64,000 nt of DNA from a virus, in IMG/VR virus record IMGVR_UViG_3300009034_000018, positions 1 to 64,000 of that record; one strand, written 5' to 3'. Shown here in pieces: positions 48,484 through 57,728 of the stretch (position 1 is the first letter of the stretch; each line of letters opens with the position of its first letter). The notes beneath the pieces were generated by a model, which saw nothing but the letters and a program-made list of their open reading frames with translations, did no database searches and was not told the origin of the DNA. Position numbers and translations under genes: made by a program.

Positions 48484-48984
48484 TTATTTTAGAAATAGAT
48501 GCTTTTTAATTTCTTCTATAAAATTATTATTAAAATCCATAACAAATATATCTAAATTTCCACAAAAATTTCTCATTATCCTTGCCATATACATGGCAAC
48601 AACATCGCTATCTATTATATTTATTCCCAATCCAGGAAAAGATATAGAATCAATTTCTTTATCATCATTTGCATCTCGCAATATTTTTCTCATTGAATCA
48701 GAAATTAAATATATACTAGTTAAAATTCCATATTTTGATATCGCAGCATGGTATATTCTTTTTATACCCAAATTTTCTAATCTGCCAGAATTAGTTATAT
48801 AAAAATCACCTTCTTTTATTTTATTATCTGAGCAGATTTTTTTAGATTCTTCTTCAACACTATCACCCGCTGCTAATCTAATAAAATCAGATACTCCTTT
48901 TCTCATTATGCCTGTAGTATTAGATTCATTAACAATCGCGTGTATCCCAGGGCTTATTAAACTATCATTTTTTACATACAACAT
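48484..48984 (-). CDS. Macro domain protein, divergent
   Basis: AIVNESN, GVS..I..AAG, IT.SGRL, IYHAA, SISFPGLG. Confidence 0.8.
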   Translation of the reverse strand: MLYVKNDSLISPGIHAIVNESNTTGIMRKGVSDFIRLAAGDSVEEESKKICSDNKIKEGDFYITNSGRLENLGIKRIYHAAISKYGILTSIYLISDSMRKILRDANDDKEIDSISFPGLGINIIDSDVVAMYMARIMRNFCGNLDIFVMDFNNNFIEEIKKHLFLK

Positions 48985-49043
48985 CGATTATTAGCTCTTA
49001 TGATTCATTATAGGACACAAAGCGCTAAAAATGTGATAAAAAA

Positions 49044-49865
49044 TTATAATAAAGAATCTTTATTTTTACCGCTTTCTATGATTTCCAAAACATTACTATC
49101 AAAATAATCAGGATTAACCTCTATTCTGTTCCTTAATCGCACTAAGATAGATTGATGTATCTGGCTGATACGAGATTCCGACACATTTAAATCCCGTGCT
49201 ATCTCGCGCATCGACAATTGTTCATAATAATAATAATAAATTATTTTTCTTTCAAAAGGAGTAAAATCTTTTCCAATCAATTTGTTTAAAAATTCTTTTC
49301 TTAAAATACAACTATCCGCAGGAGATTCATTCGAAGTTAAATATCTATTAAAATCTTTTTTATTATCTTCTGTACATATATCATTGGTATTTGTTTCTAT
49401 ACTGGTCCCAAAAGTGGCATGAAATTTACTTTTATTTTTATAATATTCGCCTATATCAAATCCTGCATGTTGAACAGCTTCTTGATCACTTACCTTATGT
49501 CCAGATTTCAATTCAAGTTTATGTCTGGCTTTTTCTATTTTTGCTTGTCTTATGCGAACACTACGCGGAACTCTATCTTCTTCGCGTAGCCCATCTATCA
49601 TAGATCCCCAGATCCTAGAATATGCATATGTTTCAAATTTTACACCACGAAAAGAATCATATGATTTTATTGCCTTATATAACCCAGAAACACCATGCGA
49701 TGCCAATTCTTCTACGGCAATTTTGTGCCTTAATCTTTTTTCAAGACTTTTTGCTATTTTAAGAACAAAGTTCTCATAATAATATTCAACCAATTTTTTC
49801 AACTGTTTTTTGTCTTTGTTTTTTTGAAATTTTTCCCATGTCTTTTGCAATTTTTTATTATCCAT
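49044..49865 (-). CDS. RNA polymerase sigma factor, FliA/WhiG family
   Basis: GLYKAI..YD..RGVKFETYAYSRI.GSMIDGLR..D.VPRS; YYYEQLSMREIA..L.VSESRISQIH. Confidence 0.92.
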   Translation of the reverse strand: MDNKKLQKTWEKFQKNKDKKQLKKLVEYYYENFVLKIAKSLEKRLRHKIAVEELASHGVSGLYKAIKSYDSFRGVKFETYAYSRIWGSMIDGLREEDRVPRSVRIRQAKIEKARHKLELKSGHKVSDQEAVQHAGFDIGEYYKNKSKFHATFGTSIETNTNDICTEDNKKDFNRYLTSNESPADSCILRKEFLNKLIGKDFTPFERKIIYYYYYEQLSMREIARDLNVSESRISQIHQSILVRLRNRIEVNPDYFDSNVLEIIESGKNKDSLL

Positions 49866-49972
49866 TTTATTCCTTTTACAAATTTTTAAATATCTCTTAG
49901 AACTCAACTGCTGGCTTTACCTATAATAGATCGCAGGTATAGAACACAACTTATTATAGGAGACAAAATTTT

Positions 49973-51226
49973 ATGAAACAAGGTTCGACGAAAATTATTT
50001 TTCAAGCAGAAGAATCAGAAAATCATCCTATGATTAATAGTATTTTAGATACTGATTTATATAAACTAACAATGCAACAAGCTGTATTAGAATTATATCC
50101 AGATGCATACGTTTCCTATAAATTTACAAATAGAGGCAAGCATAAGTTCAATCAACTATTCGTGGAAGTCCTTCGTGTTCAAATAAATAAATACATGCCA
50201 AATTTATATCTTCTAGATGAAGAAGCAGAATATTTACACAATGCTTGTCCATTTTTAAAGCCTTCCTATATAGAATATTTAAAAAATTATCGATTTAATC
50301 CTCTTGAAGTTCAGTTTATTCTTGACAAAGATAATAATTTGAATTTAGATATATTTGGTCCGTGGCATAAAGCAATTTTATGGGAAGTGCCATTGATGGC
50401 ACTTATTTCAGAACTTTATTTTAAATATGTTGATACAAATTGGTCACATGATGGACAAATATATTCAGCAGAGAAAAAAGCCTATTCCTTAGAAAAACAT
50501 AGTGTAAAATATGCCGATTTTGGAACACGACGTAGAAGAAGTTTTCGTAATCATAATATTGTTATAAATTCTTTTGTAAAAATTGGAAAATCGTTTGTCC
50601 ATAGCACATTACGCAACGAAAGCTCCTTTCTCGGAACAAGTAATGTATTTCTTGCCAGAAAGTATAATATTAAACCAATAGGCACCATGGCACATGAATG
50701 GGTACAAGGTATGGCTACTCTTAAAAGTATGAACAGACCGAATTATTACATGCTAGAAGATTGGGTAAAAGTATATAATGCAGATTTGGGTATTGCTTTG
50801 ACAGATACATATGGCACTGATAGTTTTTTGAGCGATTTTAATAAAAAGTTTTCAAAGTTGTATGATGGTGTACGACATGATTCCGGGTGTCCATTTGAAT
50901 TTACAAATAAAATAATAAAACATTATAAGAAACAAAAGATAGATCCGATGTCAAAAACAATCATATTTAGCGATGGTTTGGATACGAATAAAGCAATAGA
51001 GTTGAAATATTTCTGCGAAGAGCAGGGAATAAAATGTGCGTTTGGCATTGGAACATATTTTACAAACGATTTCTATAAATCTCCATCTTTAAATATGGTT
51101 ATTAAACTTTGGAGCGTTAATGGATTTCCTGTTGTCAAGTTAAGTGACGCAGAGGGAAAAGAAAGCGGAGATTCCGAAGCCATTAAAATAATGAAATGGA
51201 TTGTAAAACATCAATTGAGTAAATAA
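49973..51226 (+). CDS. pncB: Nicotinate phosphoribosyltransferase
   Basis: SILDTDLYKLTMQQA, DFGTRRR, GTSN, GTMAHEW, ALTDT, GVRHDSG, FSDGL, FGIGT, KLSD. Confidence 0.95.
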   Translation: MKQGSTKIIFQAEESENHPMINSILDTDLYKLTMQQAVLELYPDAYVSYKFTNRGKHKFNQLFVEVLRVQINKYMPNLYLLDEEAEYLHNACPFLKPSYIEYLKNYRFNPLEVQFILDKDNNLNLDIFGPWHKAILWEVPLMALISELYFKYVDTNWSHDGQIYSAEKKAYSLEKHSVKYADFGTRRRRSFRNHNIVINSFVKIGKSFVHSTLRNESSFLGTSNVFLARKYNIKPIGTMAHEWVQGMATLKSMNRPNYYMLEDWVKVYNADLGIALTDTYGTDSFLSDFNKKFSKLYDGVRHDSGCPFEFTNKIIKHYKKQKIDPMSKTIIFSDGLDTNKAIELKYFCEEQGIKCAFGIGTYFTNDFYKSPSLNMVIKLWSVNGFPVVKLSDAEGKESGDSEAIKIMKWIVKHQLSK

Positions 51227-51443
51227 TATTTTATAATTTAGGAGAAAATGAATGAAAAAAAAATAAAGAAAATATATTTTATCAAATCGGAGCAAGAGAC
51301 ATGCTTGTTGTAATATTAACACAAGCAAAGGTCGATAATATAAAATATCCAAGATTAGCAGAATATTACGAAAAGTTATTTAAAGAAAAACATTTTTCTC
51401 ATAAATATCATCTGGGTAAATAAAAATTTTCAGGAGAAAATTA

Positions 51444-52205
51444 ATGAATAAAGAAAAGATATTATTTATGTGTGTCGATGCTCAAAAAGATTTTATCAAT
51501 AAAGATGGGGCATTAAGTGTTAAAGGTGCAGAAAAAATTAAACCAGCTCTTAATAATTTAATTCAATTAGCGGTTAAAATTGATAATGGTATGAATAATT
51601 ATGCGACAATAATCTATACAGGAGATAAGCATAACAAAAGCTCGAAAGAAATATCAGATCATCCTAATTTAGTAGATGGTACTTTTCTTCCACATTGTAT
51701 GGATAATACAGACGGTATGAATTTTATAGACGAAGTATACCCATTTAATCCAATAATTATTGATTGGTATTATAATACTATTGACGATATTGCTATAGAA
51801 TTTGCAAGTGAAATTATTATTTACAAAGACGATTTTGATGTATTTCAAGGAAATAAACATACAAACAACATTTTAAAAATAGTTAATCCATCTATCGTAT
51901 TTGTATTTGGCGTAGCAACTAATATTTGTGTTAATGCGGCTATGGTTGGGCTTGCAAAAAGAGGATATGAAGTTTGCCTTGTTATTGACGCTGTTAAAGA
52001 ATTACCAGGTATTTCATTAGACGAAGTAATACAAGAATGGAAGAAATATAGAATAAAATATATATCAACCATTCCATATATATCACAATATCACCATGCA
52101 TTTGAATTTTATAAGAAAATTTGCGACACATATAATCATGATTATTTTAATCAATCACACATATTAACACTAGATAAATTTATAAAAGATAGATTCGGAG
52201 ATTAG
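51444..52205 (+). CDS. pncA: Nicotinamidase (isochorismatase family)
   Basis: VDAQKDF..GAL.V, D.H, PHC...T.G, K..FDVF, GVATNICV; adjacent to pncB. Confidence 0.9.
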   Translation: MNKEKILFMCVDAQKDFINKDGALSVKGAEKIKPALNNLIQLAVKIDNGMNNYATIIYTGDKHNKSSKEISDHPNLVDGTFLPHCMDNTDGMNFIDEVYPFNPIIIDWYYNTIDDIAIEFASEIIIYKDDFDVFQGNKHTNNILKIVNPSIVFVFGVATNICVNAAMVGLAKRGYEVCLVIDAVKELPGISLDEVIQEWKKYRIKYISTIPYISQYHHAFEFYKKICDTYNHDYFNQSHILTLDKFIKDRFGD

Positions 52206-52235
52206 AAATAAATATGGGATTACTTAGTTAAAGAC

Positions 52236-52592
52236 TTAACTTTTATTCATTCTTCCTGTTACTTTTTCCCATTTGGATAATTTTGGTTTTGGCGGGTGGT
52301 CTTTTTCGTGCTTTAATTTTTTGTATCTTTCCATCGCAAGCATATAGATATATATCATCGTGTTATCTTTTTCTTGGTTATCATTATTCTTAGCAATACC
52401 TAATGGTCTTCTTTCAAACCATCCCCATGCTTTAAGTTCTTCGCATATTTTGCATGTTTCTCCTTTTACCGCAATAGAAGGATCTTCAAATGCTATTTCT
52501 ATTTCATTAACTGTCTTTTCTGCCCAATCCATAGCCAACTTTTTCAATTCGTCATCCAATTTGAATTTTCTTCTTTTTCTTTCATTTATCAT
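52236..52592 (-). CDS. Hypothetical protein
   Basis: 118-aa ORF with GAGG SD. Confidence 0.6.
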   Translation of the reverse strand: MINERKRRKFKLDDELKKLAMDWAEKTVNEIEIAFEDPSIAVKGETCKICEELKAWGWFERRPLGIAKNNDNQEKDNTMIYIYMLAMERYKKLKHEKDHPPKPKLSKWEKVTGRMNKS

Positions 52593-52610
52593 AGTATCTA
52601 TTCCTCGACA

Positions 52611-52641
52611 AAAGGATTATTACTTTAAAGCACGAATAATA
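52611..52641 (+). promoter_or_regulatory. Putative phage late promoter AAAGG-N18-GAATAATA
   Basis: Matches the recurrent motif; lies upstream of the lysozyme. Confidence 0.55.
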
Positions 52642-52677
52642 TATCGGAATATATAGAAAAGATTTCCATAATACATC

Positions 52678-53388
52678 ATGAACTGGTATAAAAAATCATG
52701 GAATATGAAGAACTTTTTTAAGGGAATTGGAATAGGCGCTTTGTCTCTTCCATTTATGCTTATATTTTTGAATATGTCTGATGAAGACCTTAAAAATTTA
52801 TATATACAGGAACAAGGTGACGAAATCGCTGTAAAGAAAGAATTAGAAAACCGACTGCAGAAGAAAATTCAAGAGAAATTTGATTATAAACAATTTTCTG
52901 ATCACATTAAAAAATATGAGGGTTTTAGGAACGAAGTATATGATGATGGAAGAGGAAATGCAACGATTGGAATTGGACATTTGATCACCCCTCAATCAGA
53001 GAATATTTTTACTGGTTTATTCGGTGATAATATCAATTACGACGATATAGTATCTGGCAAATCTCAATTGACAGACGAACAAGTATATCAATTAGCTGAA
53101 TATGATATTGAAAAGCATTTGGGGAGAGCAAGATCTATATTCCCAAGATTTGATACATATCCGTATTACTTACAACAAGCTTTATTAAACTCTGTATATA
53201 GAGGGGATACTGGTCCTAAAACAATTAAATTAATCAATACTGGAAAATTTAGAGAAGCCGCCAAAGAATATTTAAATAGATATGATTATAACAATGCAGT
53301 AGCTCTTGGTATTCGTGGTATTAAAGCTAGGATGGAAGCAAATAGAGATGCCATGTTAAATTATGCGAATGAGTTAGAAGGTAAGTAA
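52678..53388 (+). CDS. Lysozyme (GH24/T4-type) with MNWY leader and hydrophobic segment
   Basis: IKKYEGFR..VYDD..G..TIGIGHL (E-X8-D-X5-T). Confidence 0.88.
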   Translation: MNWYKKSWNMKNFFKGIGIGALSLPFMLIFLNMSDEDLKNLYIQEQGDEIAVKKELENRLQKKIQEKFDYKQFSDHIKKYEGFRNEVYDDGRGNATIGIGHLITPQSENIFTGLFGDNINYDDIVSGKSQLTDEQVYQLAEYDIEKHLGRARSIFPRFDTYPYYLQQALLNSVYRGDTGPKTIKLINTGKFREAAKEYLNRYDYNNAVALGIRGIKARMEANRDAMLNYANELEGK

Positions 53389-53389
53389 A

Positions 53390-53782
53390 TTAGATTATTT
53401 TCTTTTCAGTCATTGACAATTCAATTATAAAATTTTCAAAACTTTTATGTGATGTTTTTTGCACATCATTTGCAATAACAAATTTAATATGATGGTCTGT
53501 ATAGACAAGACACAACATAAATGCCATACCAAGGTCGAAATGACTACCTTTGCTATTGTTATCCCACCATATGTGTATTTCGTCGCAATCTAATATTGCT
53601 TGTCTATGAGCACTTAATATTTCCATACCAGATTGAGTTTGATCGACATCTCTTGGTGGATAATGAACTTTATATTCAACTTTTTCTAATTTTTCTACAT
53701 ATTTATCAATTTTTATTTTTTCTTCTGGTAATACTTTTCGAACAGGACACATTAAATATACTTTTTTAAAGCGTGTTGTCAT
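53390..53782 (-). CDS. Nucleoside 2-deoxyribosyltransferase-like protein
   Basis: VHYPPRD..Q, CDEIHIWW...SKGSHFDLGMAF. Confidence 0.7.
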   Translation of the reverse strand: MTTRFKKVYLMCPVRKVLPEEKIKIDKYVEKLEKVEYKVHYPPRDVDQTQSGMEILSAHRQAILDCDEIHIWWDNNSKGSHFDLGMAFMLCLVYTDHHIKFVIANDVQKTSHKSFENFIIELSMTEKKII

Positions 53783-54156
53783 GATTTTTTATCAACTTCC
53801 TTTCGCTTTTTTCTTGTCTCTTCGACTGAAAGATATTTCGGGTGATCTTTTCGCAACAAAAATGGGTTTAATACTGGAGCATTTGCAGCAGCTTCTTTCG
53901 TGCCGTATAAATTAGATGTAAATTCAGGCCACGCTCCGCTTCCTTCAGGAGCATGCATATACACTACACCGGGATGATACCCAAATTGACATGTATCAAT
54001 AATAACAGGATACTGGCTATAGACACTACGATGTCCCCATCGGTGCATGCCAGGCGTAAGCAGATTGCCCTCTGCATCATGTGGCAAGCATTCTGTGGCC
54101 TTTCGCAGTTCTTCAAGTTCTTGTTTCTCTGTTTTAGTCATACTTTTTAGTTGCAA
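53779..54156 (-). CDS. Hypothetical protein
   Basis: 125-aa ORF overlapping its neighbours. Confidence 0.55.
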   Translation of the reverse strand: MQLKSMTKTEKQELEELRKATECLPHDAEGNLLTPGMHRWGHRSVYSQYPVIIDTCQFGYHPGVVYMHAPEGSGAWPEFTSNLYGTKEAAANAPVLNPFLLRKDHPKYLSVEETRKKRKEVDKKS

Positions 54157-54694
54157 TCATTCGTTTTGCCGCGTCGTTATCTAATAACATCCAATAGTGG
54201 ACTATTGGCATGTGCGCTGGGAATTTATTCGCTCCATTTGCAGACAACCCTGCTATTCGTTCTGCCTCTGTCTCTCCAAAAATTTGCTCTAGACTCCATC
54301 TGTGAGCTTTGTATGCTGGTAGAGAGCCTTTGCATGCATAACATCGTAAAAGTCGATATCTGTTGCGAATTATCAGCGTACCATTCTTGTTTAACGTAAA
54401 AGGACTAGCACGACAGCCAAATGGCTTCCATTTCTTGTGTATACAACAGAATCCATCGTCTGTCTTGAATGGGCATAAACCGCGTTTATCTGCCTGTATA
54501 AATCCATTTTGTACGGTTGGTCCAAGTGATTCAATTCTATCCCTTTCGCTAATGTGTATAGTTACAAGAATGCCATCCTTGCTCTGGCAACACCGCCCCT
54601 GGCATACATCGCGAATATAATCCTTGTCGCATCTGTGAAAGCGTTGCCGCAAACTGGCCCCACTAATCATTACTTCTATTGTAGCCGTTTCCAT
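54134..54694 (-). CDS. YkgJ-like Zn/Fe-chelating cysteine-cluster protein
   Basis: C..RCC, CPF....C.IH..KPFGCR..PF. Confidence 0.75.
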   Translation of the reverse strand: METATIEVMISGASLRQRFHRCDKDYIRDVCQGRCCQSKDGILVTIHISERDRIESLGPTVQNGFIQADKRGLCPFKTDDGFCCIHKKWKPFGCRASPFTLNKNGTLIIRNRYRLLRCYACKGSLPAYKAHRWSLEQIFGETEAERIAGLSANGANKFPAHMPIVHYWMLLDNDAAKRMIATKKYD

Positions 54695-54724
54695 ATAATG
54701 ATTTTTCTATATCAATGCTATTCT

Positions 54725-55027
54725 TTATACGCATCGACTCATTGCTGCATCTGCATCAGATATTATTGTTTCTTTTGCTTCGCCAGGAGATTCTCTTTCT
54801 TGTAATAGCTCAAGTTTATATTCATCTATATGAGCCTGCATCATATTTAAATAATTCTGTGCGTCTTCTAAATCTTTTTCTTTGCCATAAAGATTTGCTC
54901 GATTTTGAGATCTTTTGGCTAGATTATGAACAAAATTACCTAATTCCTGTAATGAATAATCTCTCCATGATCCATCAATATATTTATCTCTATGCTTCAA
55001 AATACTATTTGGGGTCTTTGGCTTCAT
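54725..55027 (-). CDS. Hypothetical protein
   Basis: 100-aa ORF in the operon. Confidence 0.65.
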   Translation of the reverse strand: MKPKTPNSILKHRDKYIDGSWRDYSLQELGNFVHNLAKRSQNRANLYGKEKDLEDAQNYLNMMQAHIDEYKLELLQERESPGEAKETIISDADAAMSRCV

Positions 55028-55766
55028 TTTTATCCTCCTCTATAATGGTTTTTTCTATATCTTCTGGCTTTATTTCATCCCCATCTTGATCAGTATAATA
55101 ATTACTCATCAATTCTTTCCCGCCTAAGCCTTTGCATCTTTTTGACGCAAATGAATCCATCGCCATAGAACTACCTCTAAATGCAGATCTCGTTCCAACA
55201 GCCGTTCTATTATACCCTATGGAGTTTGCTATGCCCATCCTTTTTGCTTCTTTATCCACATCTATTTCTGTTCCTATATATGTAAATACCCAGTTATTTG
55301 TTTTCTCTAACTCCTTTTTTCTATTTGGAACTAATTTGCGATTTTCTGAGGAAGAAGCATTTTCGACACCATCTGTAAAGATATTAACAATAACTTTCGC
55401 ATCGACAAAATCATTTTCCGCCAACTCATCTTTAACATCTTTTTCCATTTCATTAATTGCAACACCAATCGCATCCCACATAGCCGTAGATCCTCGTGGT
55501 ACATAATCATCGTGTTTTAATTCATCAACTTCATTAACTGGAATATTGAAGAATACTATATCAACATCAGAATTGAATGTTACAAGAGAAGCATAAAACT
55601 CTTGGTCTGGATACTTCTGCGCCACTTTTTTCATTTCTTGGACATATTCGTTAAAACCAAGTCTTGTTGCTTCCCTCACGCAATCCATTGAGCCACTTTT
55701 GTCCAAGACAATAACATTATATGTTTTTTTCAATCTATTGTCTTTTTTCCTTACTCTCTTTCCCAT
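55005..55766 (-). CDS. von Willebrand factor A domain protein
   Basis: VLDKSGSM (MIDAS), T.MWDAIG, IFTDG.EN.S. Confidence 0.9.
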   Translation of the reverse strand: MGKRVRKKDNRLKKTYNVIVLDKSGSMDCVREATRLGFNEYVQEMKKVAQKYPDQEFYASLVTFNSDVDIVFFNIPVNEVDELKHDDYVPRGSTAMWDAIGVAINEMEKDVKDELAENDFVDAKVIVNIFTDGVENASSSENRKLVPNRKKELEKTNNWVFTYIGTEIDVDKEAKRMGIANSIGYNRTAVGTRSAFRGSSMAMDSFASKRCKGLGGKELMSNYYTDQDGDEIKPEDIEKTIIEEDKNEAKDPK

Positions 55767-55804
55767 AATTCTATCTCCTTTATTTTCTGTGCTTGTCAGA
55801 TAAA

Positions 55805-55894
55805 TGGGCGCGACAGGAATTGAACCTGTGATGTTTACCCTGTGGGATGAGTTTTACAGACTCATATGACACAACCAGCAGTCGTCTCACGCCC
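55805..55894 (-). tRNA. tRNA-Tyr(GTA), long variable arm, atypical D-arm
   Basis: GGGCGTG/CGCGCCC-A acceptor; TGAGT-CTGTAAA-ACTCA; ACAGG-TTCAATT-CCTGT; CCA not encoded. Confidence 0.88.
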
Positions 55895-55978
55895 TTTATG
55901 TTATATTATAGCAGGGACAATCTGTTTTTGAATATTTTATTAAAGGTTTTTATAAATAACACATTATATTTTAATACT

Positions 55979-56119
55979 ATGAAGATCAAATATAAAAGAT
56001 TGTCTCGGAAAAAACGAAAAACTAAACGAAAAATATCTATGAAAAAATATGCAAAAGTTGCAGGCAATACTAAAAAATCTAGAAAATTCAGAAGAAGAGG
56101 TTGTGGATGCAATAAATAA
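55979..56119 (+). CDS. Small highly basic protein (46 aa) ending GCGCNK
   Basis: MKIKYKRLSRKKRKTKRKISMKKYAKVAGNTKKSRKFRRRGCGCNK; AAAGG-N18-like motif upstream. Confidence 0.55.
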   Translation: MKIKYKRLSRKKRKTKRKISMKKYAKVAGNTKKSRKFRRRGCGCNK

Positions 56120-56120
56120 C

Positions 56121-56534
56121 TTAGTGAGAAATTTTGTGAGCTATTTCCTTATCAATCATGTTATAAATCAATGACCATTTTTTATGATATTCATTGCATA
56201 ACAATCTCATATTTTTATAATATTTTATAATACCATCTGGTACATAATCCTCTAAATCAAACTTGCAAATATTTGTTGAAGTGATGTCTACTCTTCGTTG
56301 TAATATTTTAATATCTCTATCTATTTCTTCAACTAATTTACACATCTTACAATGTTTTTCTTTAGAAAACTCATGATTAGATTTATATAAAACAAATAGT
56401 AATTCTTCATTTGCTTGTTCTTGCATATCTAACTTGGTGATAAATTCGGCTAATCTATCAAGAAACTCACATGTCTTAAACTCATTTAACATAATAATGC
56501 TCCATAAAATAAAAATAGCCAGCATGACTGGCAT
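56121..56534 (-). CDS. Hypothetical protein
   Basis: 137-aa ORF coupled to the upstream gene. Confidence 0.6.
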   Translation of the reverse strand: MPVMLAIFILWSIIMLNEFKTCEFLDRLAEFITKLDMQEQANEELLFVLYKSNHEFSKEKHCKMCKLVEEIDRDIKILQRRVDITSTNICKFDLEDYVPDGIIKYYKNMRLLCNEYHKKWSLIYNMIDKEIAHKISH

Positions 56535-56962
56535 TAAATTCGTATAATATTAGGTCCACCTTTTTCTACAGCATTGTCGATCTGTTTTATTGCATCTGCT
56601 GGAGCAACAGCTATCTTTGGCTCTTTTTTCTCTTCTTCTTGATTCTTCTTAATCTCTTGTTGAACTTGTTCTACAGTTTCATAAAATAGAGAAAATGCTT
56701 CATCTATTGTTTTCGCGTTTGGAATTGAAAATCTTATTTCTTTTGGTACTGGGACTGATTGCGGTCCTTCTTCTGTAATAATCATCTGAATAACCATCAT
56801 AATAATAGCGCCATAATAAATATTATCTTGGGCAACTTGTTTAAACTCTCTATCCTCCTCACTGGCCATTTCTACTTGCCCGACTTTTGCCCATTCTTCT
56901 ATCCTGCGTCCGTCTTCTGTCATGTATTCAGTTTTTTTACGATAATTAACCATCTTTTCCAT
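56534..56962 (-). CDS. Hypothetical protein
   Basis: 142-aa ORF. Confidence 0.7.
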   Translation of the reverse strand: MEKMVNYRKKTEYMTEDGRRIEEWAKVGQVEMASEEDREFKQVAQDNIYYGAIIMMVIQMIITEEGPQSVPVPKEIRFSIPNAKTIDEAFSLFYETVEQVQQEIKKNQEEEKKEPKIAVAPADAIKQIDNAVEKGGPNIIRI

Positions 56963-57043
56963 TTTAATAACCCTTTCTATCTAATGATAATTGCTTTATA
57001 TTACATTATAGTAATATGTTATAAACAATAAATACATTTTTAA

Positions 57044-57119
57044 CTGCCCCTGCAGGAATCGAACCTGCGTCACCGAGAATCAGAATCTCGTTCCCGTAGC
57101 CAACACAGGACCAAGGGCA
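57044..57119 (-). tRNA. tRNA-Gln(CTG), extended D-stem
   Basis: TGCCCTT/AGGGGCA-G; CGAGA-TTCTGAT-TCTCG; GCAGG-TTCGATT-CCTGC. Confidence 0.88.
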
Positions 57120-57148
57120 TTAGTCTACTATATTATAGATATAAATAT

Positions 57149-57442
57149 TCATTTTTCTATTTTTATCACTTTGCCGAAAATATTTTTTTTATGTATCCAA
57201 GCGTTGATTTTACCTTTATTATTACTTATTTGATATCTTTGCCCATTTACTGCACTAATAAGATGTATATAATATCTTCCTTTGACTTTACAAAATACCA
57301 TATCCCCTTTTTTAAAAGATTTTGAAGGAGAAATTGTTATTTTATTTCCACTATTTATCTTTGGCGACATAGAATTACCTTTTGGTCTGCATTGTACTGT
57401 ATTGCCAGCTTCTAAATCCATAATGTGTTTTTTCCAATTCAT
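57149..57442 (-). CDS. S24/S26 peptidase-like small protein
   Basis: KGNSMSPKI.SG, GD.VFCKVKG...IH. Confidence 0.75.
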   Translation of the reverse strand: MNWKKHIMDLEAGNTVQCRPKGNSMSPKINSGNKITISPSKSFKKGDMVFCKVKGRYYIHLISAVNGQRYQISNNKGKINAWIHKKNIFGKVIKIEK

Positions 57443-57452
57443 AATAATAAAA

Positions 57453-57537
57453 CGGAAGATGAAGGAATTGAACCCTCAACGAAATTAACGCTGGCCAAGT
57501 GTTCGAAACTTGTTAAGCACCATGCTTGCCATCTTCC
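57453..57537 (-). tRNA. tRNA-Ser(CGA)
   Basis: GGAAGAT/ATCTTCC-G; CAAGT-TTCGAAC-ACTTG; long variable arm; GAGGG-TTCAATT-CCTTC. Confidence 0.88.
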
Positions 57538-57728
57538 AAATATTTGCGCTCTTGTATCGTCTTTTTGCCAAAATATTTACGAGGATTACCACACATTGCA
57601 CAAGAACATATTGCTAAATGATCTGCATAATATATTGCCTTTCTATGATAACTACCATATAATTTTATGGCTTTTTTCTTCATTTTTCGCTTATAGTATC
57701 TTCTCAATGATCGTTTACAAGATTTCAT
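57513..57728 (-). CDS. Small basic Cys-motif phage protein
   Basis: CSCAMCGNPRK; 3' end overlaps tRNA-Ser. Confidence 0.65.
   Translation of the reverse strand: MKSCKRSLRRYYKRKMKKKAIKLYGSYHRKAIYYADHLAICSCAMCGNPRKYFGKKTIQERKYLEDGKHGA

Noticed and set aside
57044-57119. tRNA-Sec or suppressor identity suggested by the 6-bp D-stem
   Set aside because: Anticodon is CTG, the acceptor stem is 7 bp and the variable loop is short
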